IMG/VR virus record: IMGVR_UViG_3300034143_000010
Source: a virus
DNA: 64,000 bases
Direction: 5' to 3' (one strand)
Part shown: positions 36,969-44,926 of the stretch, piece by piece
Position numbering within the stretch: the stretch's first letter is position 1
Layout: every line of letters starts with the position of its first letter
The notes under the pieces: generated by a model
Database searches by the model: none
Seen by the model: the letters and a program-made list of their open reading frames with translations, nothing else
Told to the model about the DNA's origin: nothing
Translations under genes and position numbers: made by a program

Positions 36969-37412
36969 ATGGCTCACACTTCACTGCATAAGCTTATACC
37001 TTGCATCATATTGGCGTTTTCCGCCCTGATAACTCCTAGCATCCGCGCCCAAGTTGACGCTGTTGCAACTGCGCGCTATGACGAGCAAGGCCAGATGGTT
37101 ACGTTGTTCGGTATATACGGAACTGACAATGCCAAAGAATCAAAGTGTAGCCTGTTCACGCTCACAGGAAATATTGTTTCCGTAGAGCATGACAGTAAAG
37201 GGCAGATCACGAATTTCTACATCAAGCCGCGCAGGGGCAAATCTCAGAACGTCTATCTAACAGGAATTACAGTTGACAAGCGATTACCAGCAGACGAAAT
37301 CAAGAGGCTGCCGTCTTTGATAGCCAGAGGTAAAAGGGTACGGCTGCGCTATTACGGCTGCGGCACAACGGGCGCGCACAATGAAGCAGATGGAATTGAC
37401 GCTTTGAACTAA
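36969..37412 (+). CDS. Secreted hypothetical protein
   Basis: Signal-peptide-like N-terminus (LIPCIILAFSALITPSIRA). Confidence 0.65.
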   Translation: MAHTSLHKLIPCIILAFSALITPSIRAQVDAVATARYDEQGQMVTLFGIYGTDNAKESKCSLFTLTGNIVSVEHDSKGQITNFYIKPRRGKSQNVYLTGITVDKRLPADEIKRLPSLIARGKRVRLRYYGCGTTGAHNEADGIDALN

Positions 37413-37419
37413 AAAGCCC

Positions 37420-37944
37420 TCAATCCGTGTAAGGAAAGACTTGCAGCAAATGCAGCCCGAAAGGCAGCTTGAAGGATTCGGGCAGTACCCACAGATGCCT
37501 CAAGTTAGCTTCATTTATCAACCTTGACTCGCTCGGAAAGACTTCGATAGCTGTTCGCTCATAGCCCCGCAACCCGTTCTTTATCCTCTGCAAATCATCC
37601 CAGCTTTGAATGGGCCGTTTATCTTCTCGCCAGATCATCATTAGATCAACGTCGCCCCATTCGCAGGGAATGCGCCCGATGAATACTATAAAGAATCTAT
37701 TCCTGAAACATTCATAAACACAATTCAGCATCGGGTCAACGCCTTCATGTGCGGGAACGGGAAAGCGTTGCCATTCTCCCCACGCGGGAAGAGAGCCGCC
37801 TATTTTCCTCTGCCTGAAATCATTCATCAGAGGTTTGACCCCTTCATTTTCGCGTCCGTCAGATATGCTCATGCCACAACAAGCGGCCAGCCGTCGCCTT
37901 TGCCTCTTGATTGTTTTATTCTTTTGTCTGGCTACTTTGCTCAT
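37420..37944 (-). CDS. Conserved phage protein (DUF7694-like)
   Basis: SWDDLQRIKN...ERTAIEVFPSESRLINEANLRHLWVLP. Confidence 0.65.
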   Translation of the reverse strand: MSKVARQKNKTIKRQRRRLAACCGMSISDGRENEGVKPLMNDFRQRKIGGSLPAWGEWQRFPVPAHEGVDPMLNCVYECFRNRFFIVFIGRIPCEWGDVDLMMIWREDKRPIQSWDDLQRIKNGLRGYERTAIEVFPSESRLINEANLRHLWVLPESFKLPFGLHLLQVFPYTD

Positions 37945-38009
37945 CGCGCGTGCCCCTGTCTTTCAGCTTGAGAGCGACGAGCAGGGCAGCCGTTGCCGCT
38001 CTCAGCTCG

Positions 38010-38291
38010 TTACCGCTCACGTCGCCCCTTTTCAGAAAGCGCGTCCCTGATCTTCTCGACGTTCTTATCAATCCGCTCGACCGTCTTCCAGCGCTCGTCT
38101 AAAAGCTCGCGCGTGACCATCTTCTCCTGCGCCTTCTCGACCGCGTCAATCCTGTCGGTCGTGCGCGCCTGCGTAACCCAGACAGAGAGGGTTGCGCCGC
38201 CGATGCTGACGGCGAGCGCAATAACGATTTGAATTATGGAGAGTTTTTCGAGCAGGGACTTTCTCGTCTCGCTCTCTACGACGGGTGACAT
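38010..38291 (-). CDS. Single-TM coiled-coil protein of the lysis cassette
   Basis: IIQIVIALAVSIGGATLSVWV followed by a coiled coil. Adjacent to the holin-like gene. Confidence 0.55.
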   Translation of the reverse strand: MSPVVESETRKSLLEKLSIIQIVIALAVSIGGATLSVWVTQARTTDRIDAVEKAQEKMVTRELLDERWKTVERIDKNVEKIRDALSEKGRRER

Positions 38292-38300
38292 GCGCGCTCC

Positions 38301-38708
38301 TTACTGCTGCGGAAAGGCCTGATTCAGAGCGTCGCGCAGCGGAACCAGGAAGCGGGCGAACTTCGGACGCCTGATCTTGTCTGTGACCAGCGCCGTGACG
38401 GTGGAGATGGCCTGATTGATGAGAAGGTCTTGCCAGCCGCTGAACACACTCGAAGAGGCAGCTGCACTCAGGGCCTGCACATTCGACCCACGGGGAAGCG
38501 CCAGCGCCCAGTTCAGCAGATTGCTCGTCTTGACTTTGTCTCTCTGTCCCCAGAACAGAGAGTAAAACGCCATCACCGAGCCGATGAACTGGAGGGCGTA
38601 AGTGACAAAGCCTTCCTGTTGCTCAGGAGTGATCTTGCCCTTAGTGGCGAGATACGTTCCCAGAATGCCGAGCGCCCAGCGAAGAGCGGATGCGATTTTT
38701 GGATTCAT
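38301..38708 (-). CDS. Putative holin
   Basis: Two N-terminal TM helices (SALRWALGILGTYLATKG; ALQFIGSVMAFYSLFW). Late position. Confidence 0.6.
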   Translation of the reverse strand: MNPKIASALRWALGILGTYLATKGKITPEQQEGFVTYALQFIGSVMAFYSLFWGQRDKVKTSNLLNWALALPRGSNVQALSAAASSSVFSGWQDLLINQAISTVTALVTDKIRRPKFARFLVPLRDALNQAFPQQ

Positions 38709-38838
38709 ATAGTCTCCGATCGAAAGATTTGGCAGGCGCTTCGTAAATGAGGCACTCAGGGCGACCGGAGCACAGTCAGATTATTCGCCTCGCTATGCGG
38801 TGCGCTCCATTTCTGTAGAAGCGCCTGCCTGAGGCCAG

Positions 38839-38881
38839 AGACTAGACCAGGGAGGGATTTAATTATTCGGAGGGTGTCCGC
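38839..38881 (-). promoter_or_regulatory. Single copy of tripartite late-promoter-like motif
   Basis: GCGGACACCC-tccgaataa-TTAA-N14-TAGTCT upstream of the holin-like genes. Confidence 0.75.
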
Positions 38882-38885
38882 TTTG

Positions 38886-39332
38886 CTACGGGACGATATC
38901 GCCGAAGGGGCGGCCTGTGAGATAGATATCCATGCGCTTCGGGCCAGGCCGGAGACTTTGGCGCGGACGCCATTCCGCTGCCTTGGCTTCGATCAACTCA
39001 TTAACAATCTTAACGACCGTCGCCTTCACAATTGAAGTCTCCTCGCAGATATCCGTGATGGAATTGCATCCCTTGTACTTGATGGCTCGCAAGATATCTT
39101 TGACACTCTCATCCTTACTTTGCCCGCCGTGCTTGCGCATCTTATGTACGAGCCGGTAAAGATCTCTCAGAAGTTCTTTATTCTCCGGCTGATGCCAGTA
39201 CTCTGATCCATCTACCTGCCAGAGCAGTTCCTGAGCGCGCTCATTTGCTTCGGCCCGGCGATCATCCATCTGCTTTCGCCTGCGCACCGTTCTCGAGCTG
39301 GGGGAAGGAATAAGTGTTTCAGGTAATGCCAT
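38886..39332 (-). CDS. Winged-helix DNA-binding protein (candidate late activator)
   Basis: ILRAIKYKGCNSITDICEETSIVKATVVKIVNELIEAKAAEW. Located in the usual late-regulator slot. Confidence 0.6.
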   Translation of the reverse strand: MALPETLIPSPSSRTVRRRKQMDDRRAEANERAQELLWQVDGSEYWHQPENKELLRDLYRLVHKMRKHGGQSKDESVKDILRAIKYKGCNSITDICEETSIVKATVVKIVNELIEAKAAEWRPRQSLRPGPKRMDIYLTGRPFGDIVP

Positions 39333-39338
39333 AAAAAT

Positions 39339-39863
39339 TTATCTCTGATTAATTCTACGCCTGAGTTTCGATGCCTCGGCCTTGGCCTTTCGCGCCGCAT
39401 GATGCTCCCTGTAGAGGCGCTTCAGCAGTTCAATGGTGCCGAAGTAAGAGAGAAGCGCCGGCGTTTCGTACTGCGCGAGGTGATCATTGAGGATTTGCCG
39501 GATAATCAGGCAATCTCGTGCGACTGTCCTGAGCCCGCCCGAGGCTTCGATAAGGGCGAGCATGTCTTCCTGTGCCTCGCGCAGCTTGCCCTTCTCAGTT
39601 TTGACCTCAATGGCCCAGAGGCGGCCTGTGATGGGGAGAATCGCTGTGATATCTGGCCAGCCCGCAGGCTTGACCAGTTGCCGTTTGCCTTCATCTGTTT
39701 CGACCGTCCGAGCATTTGTGACGGCATAGACGACGTTTCGCGCGTCAAGGTAACTCGTGATTGATTTCTGTACTCCGGCCTCGTCAGGGCCTAAGACCCG
39801 CAGGGCACGAGCCCTCTCGCCTTGCTCAAATGGTAATCCGCCGCTGTATGCACGCCTTTTCAC
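39339..39863 (-). CDS. VRR-NUC / PD-(D/E)XK nuclease
   Basis: EAGVQKSITSYL...GWPDIT...WAIEVKTEKGKLREAQ. Confidence 0.85.
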   Translation of the reverse strand: MKRRAYSGGLPFEQGERARALRVLGPDEAGVQKSITSYLDARNVVYAVTNARTVETDEGKRQLVKPAGWPDITAILPITGRLWAIEVKTEKGKLREAQEDMLALIEASGGLRTVARDCLIIRQILNDHLAQYETPALLSYFGTIELLKRLYREHHAARKAKAEASKLRRRINQR

Positions 39864-39870
39864 CAGAGCG

Positions 39871-39912
39871 CTTATACAGAGATGCGGGATTTAATTGTCT
39901 TGAGGGTGTCCG
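39871..39912 (-). promoter_or_regulatory. Single copy of tripartite motif (TATAAG -10)
   Basis: CCGGACACCC-tcaagacaa-TTAA-N14-TATAAG upstream of VRR-NUC and the wHTH gene. Confidence 0.65.
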
Positions 39913-39938
39913 GCTGCCCCGAAGAGTGAGCAGCCGGA

Positions 39939-40259
39939 CTAAGCCCCATGGAGAGGACAGTCGCTGACCAGCTCCTTAAAGAGTTCCGTCAGATACTGGT
40001 CTTCGAGCGGGATGAGCACGTCCGCGCCGGTCTCGTCGCGGCCCCGGATGCCGTTATTCCTGATGCCGAGCACCGTGACTTCCTTGCCCTGGAAGTCGAT
40101 GGTGGGATTCTTATGGTTGATGATCTTGCGGTTGACCCAGTCTTTAAGATAAAGGCCGGCGTCCGCCTCTGCGACCGGTTGCTGAGCCATAGCAGTGCCG
40201 GTGGCCGCGCCCGTTCCCGCGGTCTTGGTTGCCACTGAAGAGTTCAATTTGTCATCCAT
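39939..40259 (-). CDS. Hypothetical protein
   Basis: RBS aaggag before MDDKLNSS. Confidence 0.65.
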   Translation of the reverse strand: MDDKLNSSVATKTAGTGAATGTAMAQQPVAEADAGLYLKDWVNRKIINHKNPTIDFQGKEVTVLGIRNNGIRGRDETGADVLIPLEDQYLTELFKELVSDCPLHGA

Positions 40260-40731
40260 TATGTGCTCCTTAAGTGATGGATTAAGTTGACCGATACGCC
40301 GGGATTGGCATATCTTCACTTTGAACAACGGAGCACAGGGAGATGCCAAGCGCCTCCTCTTGCATACTGTAGGGGAAGCGCCAGCAGAATTCATCACGGA
40401 GTTCTCAGGCAGAAGGCGAAGAATTCTCGCCGCTTCCCAAAAACAACCTTGAGCGCCCTGCATTAGCCGATTGGTATGCAGGGCGTTCGTGTCAATCCCA
40501 CAAGACCACCGGGATATTGGAGAGCGGTAATCTACGAGTCTGAGCGTGATTAGGTCGCTAGTAGCGGTATTTGACTCCTATTTAATGTGTTAGACCGGTA
40601 GCGGTAGTTGGTGGGAGTTCCTATATAATTACCGCCTGCGGCCTATTTATAGTTAGAAACCGCCTGATCGCATCGACATGAGAGCAAGCAGAAAGAGATC
40701 TGCTGCTGCCTCATGTCGCTGCTCAGTGGCG

Positions 40732-40842
40732 GTCTAACAACTCATTGAACCTCGACGCCTCGATAGCGTGCCTTTCATGCTCATCTTGTTCCTCGTAGCT
40801 TGAATGCTATATGCTCGGCGCGGGTTAATTCGAGCGTTCGGT
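40732..40842 (+). other. attC site 1
   Basis: GTCTAAC-aa-ctcattgaacc ... ggttaattcgag-c-GTTCGGT imperfect palindrome. Confidence 0.85.
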
Positions 40843-40893
40843 TGCTACGTGTATAGACAGCGTGTCATCTCAATCGAGATGGGGAGAAGTTAA

Positions 40894-41640
40894 ATGAAAG
40901 AGGTGGATTACGCGAAACTATCTGAACAGTACGCCAGCTTCCTTGTAGCAGCCGGCGGTGTCAGTATTACTGTGCTTACCCTTGTTTTAGGTTTGAGTTC
41001 TCCTCCAACCACAGTAACTGAAAAAAATGCACGATTGTTTTTGGTCGCAGCTCTAATCGCAGCAACAGTCTCATGTTTCGTAGGTGCTCACATGATGGCG
41101 GAAACAGCAGCGTTCTTTACTCATAAACCATCAGAAAAAACACCGCCAGCTAAAATACCGTTAGGGCGGCGACTATTCGTATTAGCTAGCAGCAACATTT
41201 TCGTCGCAATAGCTTTGGTGCTATTCTCAATAGTATTGCTTCCAACTGCTACTGGGAAGATCGAATTGGCCGCTAGTCTTAAACCTATTACTCATGTGGT
41301 CTTTCTGGGGGTTGTGATTGGCGCACTCTGCTGGATGGCTCTCGCGGCCATTGATCGTACAAGTGTGGGCGGAGAAGGCTGGTATGCTATTGCAGGCGGG
41401 ATCATTGTGGGGGTCTTGGGCGGAGCTATTTTTCATTATTTCTCTAAGGACAACTGGCCACAGGTAATATTCATAATTATCGTCTCTTTTACCGCTGCAT
41501 CTCTGCTTTACTTTGCTGTAATTTTTAAGATCGGGAAAGCCTGCACCCGAAAAGCTTGCATCATAGAAATAGGAGTCTTCAGTTCAGCCATTACCATTTC
41601 GTATGTATCTCTTATAATCTCTTACTTTAAAATACTGTAA
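40894..41640 (+). CDS. Multi-pass membrane protein (cassette ORF)
   Basis: About seven hydrophobic helices. Single ORF between attC1 and attC2. Confidence 0.8.
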   Translation: MKEVDYAKLSEQYASFLVAAGGVSITVLTLVLGLSSPPTTVTEKNARLFLVAALIAATVSCFVGAHMMAETAAFFTHKPSEKTPPAKIPLGRRLFVLASSNIFVAIALVLFSIVLLPTATGKIELAASLKPITHVVFLGVVIGALCWMALAAIDRTSVGGEGWYAIAGGIIVGVLGGAIFHYFSKDNWPQVIFIIIVSFTAASLLYFAVIFKIGKACTRKACIIEIGVFSSAITISYVSLIISYFKIL

Positions 41641-41684
41641 AGTTTATGAACCACTAAAGTTGAATGCTAAAGAAAATGGCCGCA

Positions 41685-41792
41685 ACCGAACAACTCATTC
41701 AACCCGACGCCTCGATAGCATGCTTCTCAAGTTGCCTCCTTCGATGTAGATTGAATATCTGCGCTCGGCGCGGGTTAATTCGGGCGTTAGGC
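41685..41792 (+). other. attC site 2
   Basis: ACCGAAC-aa-ctcattcaaccc ... gggttaattcgg-gc-GTTAGGC. Confidence 0.85.
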
Positions 41793-41845
41793 GCTCTACC
41801 TTAAGGCGTCATGGATTTGTCCAAATCTAGATAAGGAGCGGTCAA

Positions 41846-42616
41846 ATGACAACAGGGGAGGCTAAACCCTCAACCACACGCTCGCTAACACCCTTGTGGG
41901 TCGTTTCTTTATTTGTCTCACTAACCGAAACAGTGTTAGGTATTGGAGTTATTCAAACTACCGGTGGCATACAGATAGCTCTTACAGTATTTGTTATGAT
42001 ATTCCCACTCTTAATCGCTGGAGCCTTCTTCGGGATTCTTTGGCACAAACCTTATGTTTTTTATTCTCCTAGCGAGTATGCTCAACAAGACGTTCGTCAA
42101 TACGTTGAAGCTATGCAATCTCGGTCACGCATTGATAGTAAGCTATTTCCTGAACTTGAACATATCGTTCGTTCACAGTTGTCCTCAAGCGAAGTCGTTG
42201 CCGAACTTACCGAAACCATTTCCCGCAGGGCCGGTGACCGTGTTGAGGGGCAAATAGCCAAAATCTTAACATCTGTTGCAGACAGAACTGTTGAATCAAT
42301 CAAAGATGAAAACTTCCTAACAGTAGATTCACGGAAACTAGTAGGCGTAGATGGTGATATTTGGCGCATACCATATAGCAGATACGTGACTGTTTCTGAA
42401 CTGCTCGATAATGTTTGGTTCCTACTTGAACCATACGGCACACCCTCAATGCAGTATGGTGTTATCTGGGCGTTGCGCGACAAAAGAACCGGCACTGTCC
42501 TAAAAGATATGGGGAGAACGTGGGCTAGAAAACAAGGTAAGATTCAAGATGGGCGCACCTTATCACAGGTCGGAATCACGCCGGGTATGTACTTGGAAGC
42601 AGTACCACTAAAATGA
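41846..42616 (+). CDS. Membrane protein with C-terminal ubiquitin-like segment (cassette ORF)
   Basis: Two N-terminal TM helices. C-terminus QDGRTLSQVGITPGMYLEAVPL. Confidence 0.7.
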   Translation: MTTGEAKPSTTRSLTPLWVVSLFVSLTETVLGIGVIQTTGGIQIALTVFVMIFPLLIAGAFFGILWHKPYVFYSPSEYAQQDVRQYVEAMQSRSRIDSKLFPELEHIVRSQLSSSEVVAELTETISRRAGDRVEGQIAKILTSVADRTVESIKDENFLTVDSRKLVGVDGDIWRIPYSRYVTVSELLDNVWFLLEPYGTPSMQYGVIWALRDKRTGTVLKDMGRTWARKQGKIQDGRTLSQVGITPGMYLEAVPLK

Positions 42617-42635
42617 ATCTTAGCCGTGGCGACGT

Positions 42636-42660
42636 GCCTAACAAAGGCATGCACCCGATT
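42636..42660 (+). other. Truncated attC (left half only)
   Basis: GCCTAAC-aaaggcatgcacccga, with no matching right half before the next RBS. Confidence 0.6.
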
Positions 42661-42679
42661 GAAAACTCGGAGGACTATC

Positions 42680-43702
42680 ATGTCACCTCACCGAGACATA
42701 GATCATCTTGAAGACTGGGCCGCAGAAACGCATGAATCAATCTCTGCGCGTCTCGAAGGCGCGAAGGCTGCACAGACACAGACTCGCTTGACGCTTGGCA
42801 CGATGGCCGTCATCTCAATGATGATGCTGATTGCGTCATACAACGCCTATTTATCCTATGACTACAATTGGATCACCGCAGCGAGATGTCAACAATCTAA
42901 AGCTGCTGAGGAGTCGAACATTTCCAAAGAGCAAACATCTGACCCCAACACACTCAAAGAGCAGGCCCCCACAGCCGCGGATGATTCCAAGATACTCAAA
43001 GAACAAGCATATAAAGATTGGGCGGCATCAAGAACCATCCTGATCTCAATTCTCGGCATTCGCGTCTCCGTTGATGACGCAGCAGTGTTGGGCACAGCGG
43101 TGCTCTTCGTCCTTTCGCTATGGCTCTTGCTCGTGGCGCGGAGGGAGAACCACACCATTGGCTTCTTGCTTCGCGACACGGACACGCCCCGCCGCGCTGA
43201 TAAGAGAGAGCGATCAGATACGTCTTCAACGGAGAGGCGGCTGCAGACGGATGCCGACGGGGAACGTTGGCGCATCTATCATACGATCATTTCAAATAGC
43301 CTCTTCATCACATTCGACCGCCTGCCGCACGTGCACACACTCATCGGCCCTAATTCATTGCAGGTCACTACCAGACGCAGAGGCAGCGGCTGGCGCGACA
43401 AAGTAGGTCTCAAACCTATCCGAGGCTTCTTCTTCTGGTTCCCTGTCGTCACTTCCATCGCCGTGTTTAGTCTTGATTGGTGGTCATACTTCAGCGACGA
43501 TCCATTTAACCTCGGATGTGAACCCGACCGCTACACGCCTTTTTTCTGGAGAACCAGGGTTGTGTTTCTCATGTGTTGGGTCCCGATGACAATCTGCTGT
43601 ATGAGGTCGAACCGATATTCGAGGGCTACGGAAAGGGTATTACGCAAGTATGGCAGAAGGCTTTTCGCCAACTTAAAACGGAAGCAGGCCGTGAAAAGTT
43701 GA
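42680..43702 (+). CDS. Multi-pass membrane hypothetical protein (cassette ORF)
   Basis: RBS ggagg before MSPHRDID. Several TM segments. Confidence 0.75.
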   Translation: MSPHRDIDHLEDWAAETHESISARLEGAKAAQTQTRLTLGTMAVISMMMLIASYNAYLSYDYNWITAARCQQSKAAEESNISKEQTSDPNTLKEQAPTAADDSKILKEQAYKDWAASRTILISILGIRVSVDDAAVLGTAVLFVLSLWLLLVARRENHTIGFLLRDTDTPRRADKRERSDTSSTERRLQTDADGERWRIYHTIISNSLFITFDRLPHVHTLIGPNSLQVTTRRRGSGWRDKVGLKPIRGFFFWFPVVTSIAVFSLDWWSYFSDDPFNLGCEPDRYTPFFWRTRVVFLMCWVPMTICCMRSNRYSRATERVLRKYGRRLFANLKRKQAVKS

Positions 43703-43765
43703 AAATGGAAGACCGCCTCTCCAATAATCGAGTGTGACAGATTTGAAGGTTTGAATCGGAAAGCG

Positions 43766-43795
43766 GTCTAACACCTCATTCAACCCGACTCTCAT
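43766..43795 (+). other. Truncated attC (left half only)
   Basis: GTCTAAC-ac-ctcattcaacccgac, cut off by the convergent phage gene. Confidence 0.65.
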
Positions 43796-44184
43796 CAAGC
43801 AACATCTTTCTTTTGCTCAGCACGCAGTTCATCGAGACGCTTCAAATGCTGCTCTGCTTCTACAACCAGCGCCCTTGTTCGCGGAGCCCAGAGCCAGTCG
43901 GGGTGTCGGTGATATTCCCTAACGAACTCCCGCATCTCGGCTTCGATAGCTCGCAACTCTTCGATCTCGCCTTTTACTTCTTCCTTTGCATTTTCCATGG
44001 GCTCACAGACCTCATATGAAGGATTTCTGGCCTGTAAATTAGAATAGTTTATTTTTGCGCGGCAGTTGTCACAACTGGCAAACCCGGAAGTTTGCCATTC
44101 TTTGCGGTCGAAGAAGTTTCGGTAGCTGCACGGGCAGCGTACAGCGATTGTGAGGGGAGTTGAGCCGAGGAAGGTGGCTTTCAT
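43795..44184 (-). CDS. Zinc-finger hypothetical phage protein
   Basis: RCPC...CDNC plus helical C-terminus. Confidence 0.55.
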   Translation of the reverse strand: MKATFLGSTPLTIAVRCPCSYRNFFDRKEWQTSGFASCDNCRAKINYSNLQARNPSYEVCEPMENAKEEVKGEIEELRAIEAEMREFVREYHRHPDWLWAPRTRALVVEAEQHLKRLDELRAEQKKDVA

Positions 44185-44249
44185 TCTTGGCTAAGGCCTT
44201 GCACAAAAAGTCTGTGACTTGGACAAAAAGTCTGTAGAATCCCTTTCTC

Positions 44250-44747
44250 ATGGAAAAGAAGATTCGAGTACTCGCCACAAACGGGGAATGGGTTAAAGAG
44301 TTCCTTTACTTCGTTCAGAACCCAAAGGGCGATATTTACTATGGGCTTTCCGGCCCAGAAGGCACAAAAACTTCCATTCATGCCAGTGGTGTCACACATA
44401 TGCGGACGGGTCAACATAGAATACCTTTAGGAAGAGGAACTAAATTAAGCGAGTTCAAAGGTATTCGGCAGCTTTTTGCGACAAGCATTGGACGGCTTGT
44501 TTTCCCTAACCCATACTTCGGCAAGGAATATTCTGGAAAAGCAAGCAACGCCCTTGTCACAATAGACATTAGAAAATTTAAGACCGAAATTGGCCTTATG
44601 GCGTTCCTACTAGAGCCTGAACACGCTGGCGAATTGAACATGCTTCTGCGAATAATCGAGCAGCCGCAATTCACTGTCATTACTGAAATGAATCCTTGGC
44701 TTGTCTTAGCAGTTTATCCTTCAGGGCCACCTAGTCCGATTTCGTGA
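44250..44747 (+). CDS. Hypothetical protein (inserted against operon direction)
   Basis: 165-aa AT-richer ORF on the plus strand. Confidence 0.6.
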   Translation: MEKKIRVLATNGEWVKEFLYFVQNPKGDIYYGLSGPEGTKTSIHASGVTHMRTGQHRIPLGRGTKLSEFKGIRQLFATSIGRLVFPNPYFGKEYSGKASNALVTIDIRKFKTEIGLMAFLLEPEHAGELNMLLRIIEQPQFTVITEMNPWLVLAVYPSGPPSPIS

Positions 44748-44893
44748 ACCTCTAAAAACTCCGCTTCGTCGCCGGCGTCGTCCGCGACAGGTGCGCCGGG
44801 TCGTGCGTCCAACAGCAAATGTTGGCAGCATGGAAGGTCATGGCCGCATTGCTCTCTTACCTGCTGCAAAGTGATTCGTTAGATGATTTCCAT
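44714..44893 (-). pseudogene. Small phage gene with TAA at codon 5
   Basis: RBS ggaggg-ATG, MEII*RITLQQVREQCGHDLPCCQHLL... in frame to 44714. Confidence 0.4.
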
Positions 44894-44926
44894 AACCCTC
44901 CCTAGCGTCAAAGAGCGTCAAAGTTT

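Larger units (their letters stand above)
40589..43800 (+). mobile_element. Integron cassette array without integrase (CALIN-like)
   Basis: Three consecutive cassettes begin with a GTT core site and end with its exact inverse core (GTTAGACCG/CGGTCTAAC, GTTCGGT/ACCGAAC, GTTAGGC/GCCTAAC); a fourth ends in GTCTAAC but its start site is lost. Two full attC sites. Confidence 0.85.

Noticed and set aside
37420-38708. Absence of an endolysin next to the holin-like genes as a novelty
   Set aside because: The prophage continues left of base 1, where an endolysin could lie after the tail genes.
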